Shown here piece by piece: positions 1 through 12,799 of a DNA stretch of 64,000 bases. Made by a program: the position numbers and the translations under genes. The stretch comes from Isurus oxyrinchus (taxonomy: Eukaryota). How positions within the stretch are numbered: position 1 is the stretch's first letter; each line of letters begins with the position of its first letter. The notes beneath the pieces were generated by a model. That model did not search any database, was not told the origin of the DNA, and was given only the letters and a program-made list of their open reading frames with translations. Location of the stretch: contig JANJGN010000040.1 in assembly GCA_026770705.1 (NCBI GenBank), forward strand, positions 8,618,001 to 8,682,000, written 5' to 3'.

Positions 1-269
1 TGCGTCTGTCATTCTCTGGTACAATATACCTGTGTCATATTAAGAAGGCACATTGCATTTTCCGGTACTATATGAGCGTCGGGATACTTTTTAAAGTAGA
101 ACTGTAGGAGTACAAGCGTTTTGTTCTCAATCACCTTCTGGTAATTCAAAGGAGTTTGGGACTCATTCTGAATCTCTTCATGGTGTTTGTGTGTGTGTTT
201 ATTCCTATCAGTCAGTACTACTGTATGTGAACGTGGAAATTCTGAATTTGAAGTCTTTGGTGCCCTTTT

Positions 270-480
270 TTTATTCATTCATGGGATGTTAGCTTCGCTG
301 GCTAGGACAGCAGTTATTGTCCATCCTTAGTTGCCCTTGTGAAGGTGGTGCTGAGCTACCTTTTTGGACGATTGCAGTGCATGTGGTGTAGGCACATCCC
401 CAGTACTATTCGGAAGGGAGTTCCAGGATTTTGACCCTGTGACATTGAAGGAACAGCAATATATTTCCAAGTCACGATTT
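270..480 (-). mobile_element. 3' end of an abundant CR1-clade LINE family (fragment)
   Basis: The tail GGGATG..GCTGGCTAGG.CAGCA.TTATTG.CCATCC.TA.TTGCCCTTG.GAAGGTGGTG recurs at ~28120, ~38400 and ~53230, where it is joined to a C-terminal LINE ORF. Confidence 0.75.
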
Positions 481-1060
481 TGAGTGTGGTATCCACTCTT
501 TATCTGTTACATACATGTCAGACTCTCTTAACGTATGTGAGCATAAGATTCATTACAGATCCGTTAATGTTGTGATATTGTAAAGTAAGTGTGGGAATGA
601 TATGTTTCTTTCATTACTTGGTTCTGTTTGTGTGCATGAGATTCATTCTGTATCTGTCAGTGGGATTAATTTTACATCTGTATTTACATTAGTATTATTA
701 AAAATTCATGAGATTCAATTGGAATTTTCCAATCTTCAGTATTGTATGTGAAAGTAGAATTTACAGTGTGTGTGTTAGTGTATGGTCTTCCATTTGTATC
801 CGTCAGCATCTGTTACTCTGTGTGATTCTTGGACTCTTTCTCAGTGGTACAATTGGTGTGTCATATTTCTTTAGTATCACTCAGATTCAGCCATTGTGAG
901 TGAGTGCAGTGAACAGTCTGTATCTTTCAGCATCTGGCACTGAAAATGTGCTTGAGAATTATTCTCTGCTTCTGTGTGAGTGTGGGATTCATTATATAAC
1001 TTCAGTCTCTAGGACTAACTATAAGTTTGGATTCATTCCACATACATTTCCAGCCGAACA
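480..1060 (+). repeat. Degenerate ~45 bp tandem repeat (TGTGAGTGTGGGATTCATTCTGTATCTGTCAGTCTCTGGTACTG-like)
   Basis: Recurrent GATTCATTCTGTATCTGTCAG-like words, for example at 640-660. The same unit occurs at 8050-8500, 12800-13400 and 15000-15500. Confidence 0.6.
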
Positions 1061-2039
1061 ACAGGCCATTGATATGGTAAGTTTAAAGCAAACAACGTGT
1101 GTAAGCTTTAGCTGAGTATTAAATCTCTGTCACTGTGAACACAATTGTGATAGATAATGTATCCTTCAATCTGATCCTGGATTGGTCCGCAAGTGGAACT
1201 CCAGCTTGTATGAAATGATTTGATATGTGGCATTCAGTCTGATTCTGAGTCAGAATTTCCACACAAATGCAAAATGGAGCTCAGTCCTGAATTGGTAAAG
1301 TATCTTTAATTTGACACTGTGTGAGGATTTAGAATTAGCATGGAGTTTATAGCTCAATTCATATCCATCAAATTAATATTGTATCTCAGTTTCATAATCA
1401 GGGTGAGTTTTAACTGGAGTCTGAGTTTGTATCTCAGGTTATACTCACTTTCAGAATATATCAAACTGATAATAATTGAGATTTGGATTTGCATCTAATG
1501 TATGTGTCAGGACACAATGTGAGAATTAATACTGGAATTTATAAACTAATGATGTGTGTAAATATGGGACTGGTGCTTAACATGAAGCTCAGTGTACATT
1601 ATTTAGGGTAAGACTGGAAACTTGAAACATATATCTGTTTTATTTGACATTTAGTTTGCAGCTGAGGCTACATTGTGGGATTGGCCTGGTTAAAATTGGA
1701 TCATGGGTGAGAATTTGGACTACCCGTCTGTGCTACAGAATCGAGGTAACGTTGGAACAACATCTATCTCTCCTGCACTGTTTGACTGATGGATGGAAAG
1801 TGTGACTCTGGAACTATTTCTGCTGTCTGAGACTGTGAAATTGATGACCTGTCTGTGTCTCTGCGCTCTGTCGGTGATAATGTACGGACTGTGTGGGAGG
1901 AGCTGGCGGGAATCTTCATTCCAGTTTGGCTGGAGGAAACACCACATTTATTCTGGTTCCTTCAATTATTTGCCTGTTGGTAAAAAAATATATTTTAGGG
2001 CTCAAGTACAGGTGAGGTAGAAAATACAGATTCCATCAG

Positions 2040-2215
2040 TTTAACCTGTATAAATAATCATTATGAATGGTTTGAGAGGCTTTAGCCAGGCTCTAGCTCT
2101 GATTGGTCAGTCCATTCTCAATCCTTATCTTCAACCAATCGGAGAGCTAGGTAACAGGAATTGGAAATGCCGATTGGTCTATATTTTCAAATTCGAAAAG
2201 CCCGCCAATTTGTGG
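2040..2215 (-). promoter_or_regulatory. Histone-type promoter remnant (CCAAT boxes, TTGGCGGG..TTTGAA motif) with no downstream histone ORF
   Basis: TTTTCAAATTCGAAAAGCCCGCCAATTTG (~2184-2212) matches the H2A promoter motif at ~6369-6399. There are three CCAAT/ATTGG boxes and a TATTTATA on the minus strand at ~2049-2056. Confidence 0.5.
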
Positions 2216-2849
2216 GGGAACAAAGTGCCGAACGCCTTAATTTCCAGGCAACAATTTTAATCTCACACTTTAGGAGCTGTAATATTGCATTTTGCGTCAC
2301 AGAATCCTGGCGCTATTTTAGGAACAGATTAAATTTGTCAATCTTTTATCTGTAACCGGCGGTAACAAAGCAGCGATTTAAAACAAGAGCCAATCTCAGC
2401 TCACTGAAAACGCAAGAACACAGGTTACCAACCGACTCCTTCACACAGGCTTCATCGGGACAGAGAGAAATGGCTGATTTCTGACCCTTTCCCCTGAAAG
2501 CGGCCGGGAATGTTACAATCGGAAGAGCGGAGCGCTCCAGCAGCCACACGCTCAGCATAGCTGCTCTTTCTCAGGAGCCTGTGGACACGGCCCGCGGAGA
2601 GCTGCAGTCCAGCCCGGGAGGAGCGAGACTTGGCTTTGTCTTTGTCCTGGGCTTTACAGCCGATCTTTCTACAATCTTACACACACTTACACCACGAATA
2701 AAGAATTCCTCCCGCACTCACCCTTCCCCGATCTTCTGGGGAATGCAGTCGGCCACTTCTGAAAGGTCAGTGTTCGAAACTCATTGGGTGGCTTTTGTAA
2801 CCAATCAGAGAGCAGCTTATTTCACCAACCAACAAACATCAAAAAGAAA

Positions 2850-3030
2850 AAAATAAAATACTGCGGATGCTGGAAATCCAGACAAAAATAAAAATACCTG
2901 GATAAACTCAGCACGGCTGACAGCATCTGCGGAGGGGAATACAGAGTGTTCTGATGAAGAGTCAGACGGACTCGAAACGTCAACTGTATTCCCCTCCGCA
3001 GATGCTGTCAGACCTGCTGAGTTTTTCCAA
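2850..3030. mobile_element. Penelope pseudo-LTR-derived palindromic element
   Basis: Starts with AAATACTGCGGATGCTGGAAATC, shared with the Penelope terminus at ~57715. Arms at ~2907-2944 and ~2984-3022 are reverse complements. Confidence 0.8.
2947..2985 (+). ncRNA. Minimal type I hammerhead ribozyme motif (Penelope type)
   Basis: GTT-CTGATGA-A-GAGTC(AGACG)GACTC-GAAA-CGTC-AAC. The core is intact, with a 5 bp stem II, a palindromic ACGT stem III and a GUC cleavage triplet. Confidence 0.7.
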
Positions 3031-3234
3031 GGTCAAAAAGAAAATGGACCGCAGATTGACTGAGCCAAACTGGCAGAGCTGAAACAGGTTTACAAATTGA
3101 ATATTAGCGTCAATGTATTTGAGTGTGGCTGAAAAAAGAGATATGTCAAAGCTTTTCCTTCTGCACTCAACAGGACACTCCCAAGAAAACCAATATAAGG
3201 GGAAGACAACAATTTATACTGATAGAGGATATAC

Positions 3235-3465
3235 TTCAGGGTGGAAGGTGACGGTGTCAGGCCCGGTCATGAGCTTGTGTGATACACAGCGCGAAATGAT
3301 CTGATCAGGGTAGCCATTACCCTGCAGGATGCCTTTGATGAGCCCGATTTCAGCATCAAGATTGCATGATGAGCAAATGGCTCGGGCCCTGTTTACAAGG
3401 TTTCCGATAAGACCAGTCTTACAGAGCGTGGAACTGTAAGAATCTCAACGCATATTTTAGCCAGT
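3235..3465 (-). mobile_element. Penelope-like RT C-terminal fragment
   Basis: The minus strand reads DSYSSTLCKTGLIGNLVNRARAICSSCNLDAEIGLIKGILQGNGYPDQII, typical of the thumb region of Penelope-like RTs. Confidence 0.7.
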
Positions 3466-3515
3466 GTAGAGAATTACGGTCTGACCACGGATTAGGCTGA
3501 AAAATAACTCACTAC

Positions 3516-3587
3516 TGCGATGGCCGGGAATCGAACCCGGGTCAACTGCTTGGAAGGCAGCTATGCTCACCACTATACCACCATCGC
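3516..3587 (-). tRNA. tRNA-Gly(TCC)
   Basis: GCGATGGTGGTATAGTGGTGAGCATAGCTGCCTTCCAAGCAGTTGACCCGGGTTCGATTCCCGGCCATCGCA, 72 nt. It forms a full cloverleaf with A and B boxes, and a T5 Pol III terminator lies at 3500-3504. Confidence 0.97.
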
Positions 3588-4654
3588 ACATTTAGTCAGC
3601 ATTTACAGTACCGCAAAACACACAATATTTTTGGCATCTTGTTTTTGATTGATAAACTGTTTTGCAATAATTCTCACTATGTTTAGGTTGTTTCACACAT
3701 TTAAAATGTCCCTAAAGAAGTTACCTCTTTGCACGTCTCACGTTCAGCCAGCAGACGGCACCAGTCCACAATAAATTGGCTCCTGCTCTTTCTGTGGACA
3801 CATTGAGACAGGAAAAGGTCTGTTGCTGCCCGGGGAACGGGCCGTGAAAGAGACAAAGATAGTGACCAACTACAACGGCTCCATGTAGATATCCACAAAG
3901 TACCGAACAATAAAAACATGCAACTTATCCTGGGAGGGATGATGAAGTTCTGTCTGAAATAACTAGACCAACACCTTCCTTAAAATAATTGATTTGCTGT
4001 CACAAATGCAATACCAACCGTTTTCAATTTCAGCCGGTATTCATTTCCAGTTCTTAGACAGACACTTTCACTGACCGGTTCAATCTTTGCAAAACTTTTC
4101 GAATTCCCGCTGAATAAACTAAATTACAGGCCCGTGATCCGATTTTATCTTGTTCTTAGTCCCATTCACTTGTTACACCTGCAGACTAATTGGTTTAGAG
4201 GCTGTCTGGCGTGTTTGTGACCTGAGTTCTCCTTCTCTGACTGCTCCTCATACCTCTTGACTGCCTTGTAGATTACAAATCTCTCAAACTCAACCTTGGC
4301 CCAACCCCGCGTCACAACTCAAACCCAAACACATTATATTCTCCAATTCAGCTGGAAGAGGTGTTAGTAAAAGTCTCAATGCTTCTGGGAGGGGAGTTGT
4401 GTGTTAATGGAATAGAAGCTGTCCTAGAAATGGATGCAGACTGTTAGTCTGGTTGTAGAAGCGACTGGAATTAGGCGGGATATTGCTGACAGATCTGGAT
4501 TTAAAAGATCCGAGTTTCTAACTATAGATAAACAAGATGTTCCATTGAGTAAAATTTGTTTCGAGCGCCCTGTTCACTAATGGTGCCCAGAATTCGAAAA
4601 CAAATCAGTTCGAACAGGGAGGAGGCGGAGCCTCTGTTCTGTCTGTCACTCAGT

Positions 4655-5087
<433 letters not shown>

Positions 5088-5121
5088 ACAACTCGACCCT
5101 TTCTACCAAACACACAACAAA

Positions 5122-5137
5122 GGCTCTTTTAAGAGCC
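5122..5137 (+). terminator. Histone 3' stem-loop (H4)
   Basis: GGCTCTTTTAAGAGCC followed by ACCCA and a purine-rich AAGAGC downstream element. Confidence 0.95.
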
Positions 5138-5703
5138 ACCCAAAACGTCATATTAAGAGCACTGACTTGGAAATGGGAGGGAGAAATCTAAACTGTAACT
5201 GAATGAAAAGCAGCTTCAGCATAATTTCATTTATTTTAAGTCACGAGCATAATTTTTTTTCTGTCACGAGCATAATTTAATTTTTTTCTGTCACTAGTTA
5301 ATTAACGAACGACTCAACCCATTTTCTCTTAAATAACTATTGAACCGTGACATTAATGAAACCCATTCAGTTAATGATGTTGATGTGAGAGCCGGAACTG
5401 TCTAACTAGTCACGGTGATTTCGCCCATCAGTAAAAACTTTCTATTACCTGTTAAAAACAGATCGGGTAACGAATGCGAATTGAAACCGGGTTGAAAGGC
5501 ATGTAGAGCGAAAATGAATTTTCTCAGATTTTATACAGGTCTTTTGCAGCGAAGCTAGTATTTTTAATGAAAATGTTGGAAAATTTCAGGTTTGACAGCA
5601 CCTGTGTGGAAACAGTTACCGTTCCGAATCAGCATGACGCTTCTTCAGAGCCAGAATGAAATGAGTTCAGACTGTGAGCAGCCCTTTCACAGACTCTGTG
5701 GGT

Positions 5704-5719
5704 GGCTCTGAAAAGAGCC
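5704..5719 (-). terminator. Histone 3' stem-loop (H2A)
   Basis: The minus strand reads GGCTCTTTTCAGAGCC followed by ACCCA. Confidence 0.95.
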
Positions 5720-5749
5720 TTTGGGTTATTAGATTAAAGAATGTCCGCT

Positions 5750-6163
<414 letters not shown>

Positions 6164-6194
6164 TTAACAGAGAATGAGGAAATGCGCTCGCATT

Positions 6195-6400
6195 CACTTC
6201 TCTTATAGGATTGGGAGGAATGGTGCTGCGGGCATTGCTGATTGGTCACTTTGTGCTGCGTTTCATAATGTTGTTCATATCACCAATCAGATATTTACTG
6301 AACTCACCAATCCGGAGACTCCACTGAGTGAGGGCGGAAAATGACGGCGCCAAATTGCAACCGATTTTTTTTTCAAATTTTCAAAGCCCGCCAAATTTGA
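6195..6400 (-). promoter_or_regulatory. H2A promoter (TATA-like, CCAAT boxes, E2F-like TTTGGCGGG and CHR-like TTTGAA)
   Basis: Motifs read directly from the sequence. They are conserved in the inverted paralog at 22925-23130. Confidence 0.7.
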
Positions 6401-7214
6401 AAAAAAAACGGACAGAACATAGTGTTAATTGGAAATGTGTAATTCAGTATTTAGTATAGGAATGTTAGATTTACTTAATTTCACTCTCCCTTTCTCTGTT
6501 CTACAATTCATATCTATTTGTTTGATTTTCAGTCTGGGTTTATCTGAACTTGAAAACAAGCCGAAAACAACGGCTCGATATTTACGCATTTCGAAATCGA
6601 AAAGGTGGCCGATAGATTTATAAAACAAATACGTTTCATGAAGAAAGTGAACTCGGTCTGACGACAACGTTTTAAAATTACCCGTCCCTGATGGGACTAT
6701 TTCACATTTTATCCCAAGTTCCAGATTCGCTTTGTAATACGGGATCTATTCGGGGTTAATTTCCATCCTTAATGAAACTCTTTAAAGAGCCGGCAAAGTC
6801 TCATTTGCATCGTTCTACAAACGGACGGTATATTGTAGATATTCGTGAGAGTCAAAAGCGAACATGTCTGGTGTAAATTTGCCAGCGTTGAGACTGAAGT
6901 TTCCGACACAACCGGGGCTGATAATAATGGATCAGTTCATTTCCTGAGACCAAACTGGAAACTGACGCATTTGCGTTCTATTCTCTCCCTCTCCAAAACC
7001 AGGCAAAGGGGCTGGATATGAACGTGTCTGAGAACAAAGCGCAGAGGGTGAGCGGGCAGACATTCATTTATGGGGCATTATTATCAGGACCTTAGAATTG
7101 AGCGAGTGATAATGAGGGAAATAAGATGAAAATAACATAGCTCGGAATGTTCAAATTTAAAACATGACAAAGTAAAACTTGAGATGATATAGCTTTTTCA
7201 GAGAGATTGTGGGT

Positions 7215-7230
7215 GGCTTTTAAAAGAGCC
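7215..7230 (-). terminator. Histone 3' stem-loop (H2B) with a C-A mismatch
   Basis: The minus strand reads GGCTCTTTTAAAAGCC followed by ACCCA. Confidence 0.85.
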
Positions 7231-7271
7231 TTTGTGTTTTGAATGTTTTTCAGTCAGTTCGTTGTGGGGTT

Positions 7272-7646
7272 TTACTTGGAGCTGGTGTACTTGGTCACCG
7301 CCTTTGTCCCTTCCGACACGGCGTGCTTGGCCAGTTCCCCGGGCAGCAGCAGGCGCACGGCGGTCTGGATCTCCCGGGAGCTGATGGTGCTGCGCTTGTT
7401 GTAATGGGCCAGGCGGGAAGCCTCACCCGCGATGCGCTCGAAAATATCGCTCACGAACGAGTTCATGATGCTCATGGCCTTGGAGGAGATGCCGGTGTCG
7501 GGGTGAACCTGCTTCATCACTTTGTAGATGTAGATGGCGTAACTCTCCTTCCTCGACTTTCGTCGCTTTTTCCCGCCCTTTGCTAGCGGTTTCTTTAAGG
7601 CTTTCTTGCCTCCCTTCTTGGGAACTGGTTTCTTCTCATCAACCAT
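7272..7646 (-). CDS. H2B: Histone H2B
   Basis: [15 protein letters not shown]...[25 protein letters not shown]...AVTKYTSSK, 124 aa, with ATG at 7646. Confidence 0.96.
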   Translation of the reverse strand: MVDEKKPVPKKGGKKALKKPLAKGGKKRRKSRKESYAIYIYKVMKQVHPDTGISSKAMSIMNSFVSDIFERIAGEASRLAHYNKRSTISSREIQTAVRLLLPGELAKHAVSEGTKAVTKYTSSK

Positions 7647-7689
7647 CCTCACTTTCAGACACAGAAATAAATCAAACCTCTTCCGAGCG

Positions 7690-7860
7690 CCGATTAAATA
7701 GACATTGTCCCAGGTCTATGCTAATGAAGGATTGAAGCACCGTGATTCTGATTGGACATTTTTACATTTTATAACAGCCTATTCCTGTGTATTGTTCTGA
7801 TTGGTGTCTATAAATATCCAAAGAGATTTTGACTTCTCCACCAATCATTAGCCCATTTAC
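7690..7860 (-). promoter_or_regulatory. H2B promoter (TATTTAAT, octamer-like ATTAGCAT, CCAAT boxes)
   Basis: The octamer variant ATTAGCAT is at 7718-7725 next to a TATA-like box. The same layout occurs upstream of the H2B at 21668. Confidence 0.75.
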
Positions 7861-8499
7861 TGCAACTAGGCAACATATTCTACAAGGCTTCTCTCCGGCC
7901 AGAGTTTCTCAGTGTGTCAAGATATATTGGGAAGTGTTGCCTGGCTGTCAGTGCGAGGGACTGTCCGGGAATGCAGGATTCCTTCTGGTACTCTGACGTT
8001 CTGCTAATGTGTGCGACTTACACACTCGGATACTGTGTGAGGTAGGGGATAGAGTACAGGGGCTGTACTCTTGAAGCTGTGGTACAGTGTGTGTCTGATG
8101 TGTCATGTGCTTGTCAGTTTATGGAACTGGAAATTAAATTCGCTCATGAGTTTTTCAGTTTATGGAACTGGAAATGAGATTCACCCATGAGTTTCTCAGT
8201 TTCTGGCGCTGTAAATCAGTGTGGCATTGATTGTATATATTTCTGTCTGTGCTGCTCTCCGAGTGTGCAATTCGCATTCACTCCCAGAGCCCGGTGATGT
8301 GTTTGAGAATAATGGACATGCCAACATCTGATCCGCAATCAGAGTGTAGAATTCAGTCTGTATCTGTCAGTTTCTGGTATTGAATAGGAATGTGAGAGTC
8401 ATTGTCAACATCTGGGAATCTTTGAAACATATTCTGCATCTGTTTATCTTCACTGCTGTATGTGAGAGTGGAATTACTTTGGTTAATTCTGGTACTAAC

Positions 8500-10450
8500 A
8501 TAGTTAGGACCATACGAACCAGGAGCAGGATTGGCCCCTCAGTCACTCAAGCCTGCTCCGTCGTTCAATGAGATCATGGCGAAGGGATAGGCAGTGGCAG
8601 ATATTTAAAGGGATATCTCAGAATCCATGGAATTTTTCGCTCTGATTGGAATGAGTATGTTCTCAGGGGCGGGCCCGCCGTCCAAGATTTACTGAGAAAA
8701 TTAGAGACAGAATCAAAGTTAAAGGAAAAGGGTATAATTATGTATCGGAAGATTGGAAAGAATAAAAAGAACAGCAAGGAATCATATTAATGAGGAGGGA
8801 AAAAATAAGAGTATGAGAGAAAGCTAGCTAGTAATATAAAGACGGATGGGAGGAATTTCTACAGATATTTAAATAAGAAAATAATTAAAGTGAACTTTGG
8901 TCCTATGGAAAGTGCGTCTGCAGAATTGAAAATAGAAAGTAGGGAGATGGCAGATGAATGGAACAGTTATTTTGCTTCGGTCTTCACGATAGACGACACA
9001 AGTAATGTCCTGGAAAGAGCTGTAAATCAGGAAATGGAGGAAATTTCTGTCAATCAGGAAGAGGAACTCGGGGAAAATTACCTGGGAAGTGATATTGAGG
9101 AAATTGGAAGAAGTGGCTAGTGAGATAGTTGATGCATTTGTTTTAATTTTCCCAGAATTCCCCAGATTTGGGGAAGTTTCAATTAGATTGAAAAATAGCA
9201 AATGTAACTCCTTTATTCAAAAAGGGAGGGAGACAGAAAGCAGAAAACTAGAGGCCAGTTAGCTGAACATCTGTCATAAGGAAAATGTTAGAATTTATTA
9301 TTCAAGGTGCTATAGCACGGCACTTACATAACAATCAAGGCAATCAGGCAGAGTCAACATGGTTTTGTGAAAGGAAAATCATGTTTACCCAATTTTTGGA
9401 GTTCTTTGAAGGAGTCACATGTGCTGTGGATAAAGGATATACTGTACATAAACTTCCAGAAGGCATTTGATAAATCACCACATCAAAGGTTACTGCAGAA
9501 AATAAAAGCTCACAGTGTTGGGGCTAACATATTGGCATGGATAGAAGATTGGTGAGCGTTAGCATAAATGGGTCCTTTTTTGGTTAGAAGGATGTGACGA
9601 GTGGTGTGCCAGAGGGATCAGTGCTGGGCCCTCAACATTTTACAATTTATGTAAATTATTTGGATTAAGAGACTAAAGCAATGGCTAATAAACCTGCTGA
9701 TGACACAAAAATAGGTAGGAAAGTAAATTGTGAAGAGGACATAAGGAGGCTAGAAAGTGACATAGCTAGATTAAGTGAGTGGGCAAAACTCTGGCAAACA
9801 GAGCATAATATGTGAAATGGTGAGAAATTACATAGCTCTGAGGTTCAGAGGGATTTGCATGAACCAGATAAGGTTAGTATGCAGGTACAATAGAATATTG
9901 TTTATTATGAGGGGAATTGATTACAAAAATGGGGAGGTTCTGCATCAGTTGTACAGGGCATTGGTGAGACCACATCTGGAGTACTGTGTACAGGACTGGA
10001 CTCCTTATTTAAGGAAAGATTTATATGTGCTAGAAGCAGTTCAGAGAAGGTTTACCGGACTAATACCAGGAATGACGCGTTGTCTTATGAAGAAAGATTG
10101 GACGGGTTAGCCTATCTTTGTGACTGGAATTTAGGAGAGTAAGAGGTGACTAGATTCAAACCTTCAAGATCCTGAGGGGTCTTAACAGGGTTGGGATGGG
10201 GAGGATGTTTCCTGTTGAGGTGAAATCTAGAACCAGGGGGTCACTGTTTAAAAATAAGGGGTTGCTCATTTAAGAGAGGGATGAGAAGATTTTTTTTTTC
10301 TCTCTGGTTGCAGTGAATGTTGAAACTCTCTTATTCAAAAGGCAGTGGAAGCAGAGTCTTTGAGTATTTTGAAGGTAGAGCTAGATCGAGTTTTGATTAG
10401 CGAGGGGGGTGAAAGGCTATCGGGGGCAGACAGGAAGGTGGAGTTGCAAG
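8500..10450 (+). mobile_element. CR1 LINE, degraded ORF2 (RT) and 3' end
   Basis: Broken frames contain EMADEWNSYFASVFT, KGKSCL, FQKAFDK and LYRALVRPHLEYCVQ.WTPYLRKD. Confidence 0.9.
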
Positions 10451-10459
10451 CTCTGCTTT

Positions 10460-12240
10460 CTTGCCCTCACTTAAGTTTAAAATACTCATCATGGATGCAC
10501 TCGTTTCTGCCTCAAAATGAATGTAAAATTCAGTCATATTATGAATGCTGCTACCTAGGGGTGCCTACAGTATGAAGGTATCAATTAATCCTGTCTCGTT
10601 GCTCAATACCAGGTCTAGTATAGCTTGCTCCCTGGTTGGCTCCAGAATGTGCTGTCCTAATAAACTATCCCGAAAACATTCTATGAACTCCTCACCTACA
10701 CAACCTTTGCCCATCTGATTTTCCAGTCTATATATAGATTAAAATCCCCCATGATTATCACTGTACCTGTCTGACAAGCTTCCATGATCTCTTCTATTAT
10801 ACTCTGTCCTACGTGTAATTAAATAGGAACCTGTACATCACTCCCACAGTGACTTCTTGCCTTTATCATTTCTCATCTCAACCCAAACCACTTCTACATC
10901 CTGGTTTCTAAAACTTAGGTCATCCCTCTCTAATGTGCCAGTACCATCATTAATTAACAGAGCCACCTCTGTACCTTTTCCTGACTGTGTCATTCCTAAA
11001 TGTCAAAAGCCCTTCATTACTCAGGTCTCAATCTATGTCATCCTGTAGCCATGCCCCTGTACTAGCTATGAGATTGTACTTATTGATTTATATTTGCACT
11101 ATCAGTTCATCTGTTATGTTTCAAGTGCTACATGCGTTTAGATACAGAGCCTTTAGTTTTGTTCTTCCATTGCTTTTGCAGCATCTAGCCTTATCTGCTG
11201 ATTTACTTTTAGATTTGTACTATTTCTCCCTTCCTGTCATGGTCTGTTTACCATTTCCCATGTTAATACCTTTCTTTCTTGCCTTGTCTCTACTCTTTGG
11301 AAATATGATCCCTTGCCCCCACTATTCAGTTTGAAACCCTTGCTACTTCCCTAGTATGCGACTTAAGAGAGGGAACCAGCCCCAGCACAGTTCAGGAGTA
11401 GAACATCCCAATGGTACAGGTTCTCAAAACTGGTGCCAGTGCTCCATGAACTAGAAACCACTTCTCCCACACCAGCCTTTGAGCCACACATTCATTTCTC
11501 TAATCTGATTTGTCCAATGCCAATTTACACATGGCTCAGGTAATAATCTTTTGAGCTTCTGTTTCTTAATTTTGTGTTGAACTCCTCATACTGACTATGC
11601 AGAGCTTCCTTCCTCCTGCCTATGTTGTTGGTACTTAAATGGACCATGACTACTGGATCATCTACCTCCCACTGCAAGTTGCTGTCCAGCCCTGAGCAGA
11701 TGTCCTGAACTCTGGCACCAGGCAGGCAACAGAGCCGTCTGGACTCTCGCTCTTTGTTATAGAGAACAGTGCCAATCCCACTCAATGTACTGTCCCATAC
11801 TTCCACTACATTCCTTTTTGTTCCCCCAACTTGAATGGCTTCCTGTACCACCGTGCCATGATCAGTTTGCTCATCTACCCTGCAGCCACTGCCCTCATTG
11901 AAACAAGCTGGGAGAACATCAAACCTATTGGACCATTGCAGAGGCTCACACTCCTGCCCTCTGGGTCCCATTATCTGCCTCATTCACAGTCACACCCTGC
12001 TATCCCTGACCAAATCAGAAGACCCTACTCTAAATGGTGTGACTGCTTTCTGGTATAAAACATCAAGGTAAGTTCCCCTCTCCCTGATGTGTCACAGAGT
12101 CTGCAGCTCAGCCTCCAGCTCAATGACTCTGAGCCCAATTTCCTCAAGCCACCAACACTTAGACATTTGCTCTGGATCATAATGTTATCCAGAAGTTCCC
12201 ACATGCTGCAGCCTGAACATGTTACTGTTATCCCATCCTT
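10460..12240 (-). mobile_element. CR1 LINE 5' part: degraded ORF1 (SGNH esterase) and start of ORF2 endonuclease
   Basis: ORF 11525-11983 has SNRFDVL..CCLPGARVQD..PVVMVHLSTNNIG, the CR1 ORF1 esterase pattern. An IIMGDFN-like motif lies at ~10740-10760 on the minus strand. Confidence 0.85.
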
Positions 12241-12799
12241 AATGTGTTTTCAATAATTCCTTAATTATATTATTCAGTTATTCTTATATATTTATTAACT
12301 TTACCACAAATGTGTGTACTATTTTAAACTTTGGGGATAGACTAGCCCTTACCCACTTACCAGATACTCACCAAACAGCTAACTCCTGACTCTGTAGTAG
12401 AACAAGGACCAATTCCTATGGGGTGAGAAGCATAGAAGAAGGAAACATTTACCTGCTTTCCTCCCCCCAACCCTTCTCTGAGTTCCCCTCTCACCAAGCT
12501 CCAAGTCTTCACACAGTTAGCTCAGCTGCGCTCAGTTTGCCTTGGCTGCACTAAAGAACTCTGAATTTATTGTAACCAGATTGAACTAGTTTGCTAATGA
12601 ACTACTCAACTCCTATGGCTGAGAGTGAGTTTCGTCTGTCTAAACTGCAAGAAAGAAATAATTGGGCCTGCTTACACAGTACTTTCCAGTTACTGTTAAT
12701 TACAAACTAGATTAGGTTTCAAGAGCAAAATTTAAGAACAAAATTAGCACTTTCACCTCACCCTCATGAAACTTCAAGCCTTTATTCAGCTAGATCAGC

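Noticed and set aside
7239-7586. Antisense ORFs over histone genes and over the Tx1 and Penelope ORFs
   Set aside because: These are shadow frames expected from GC-rich codon bias.
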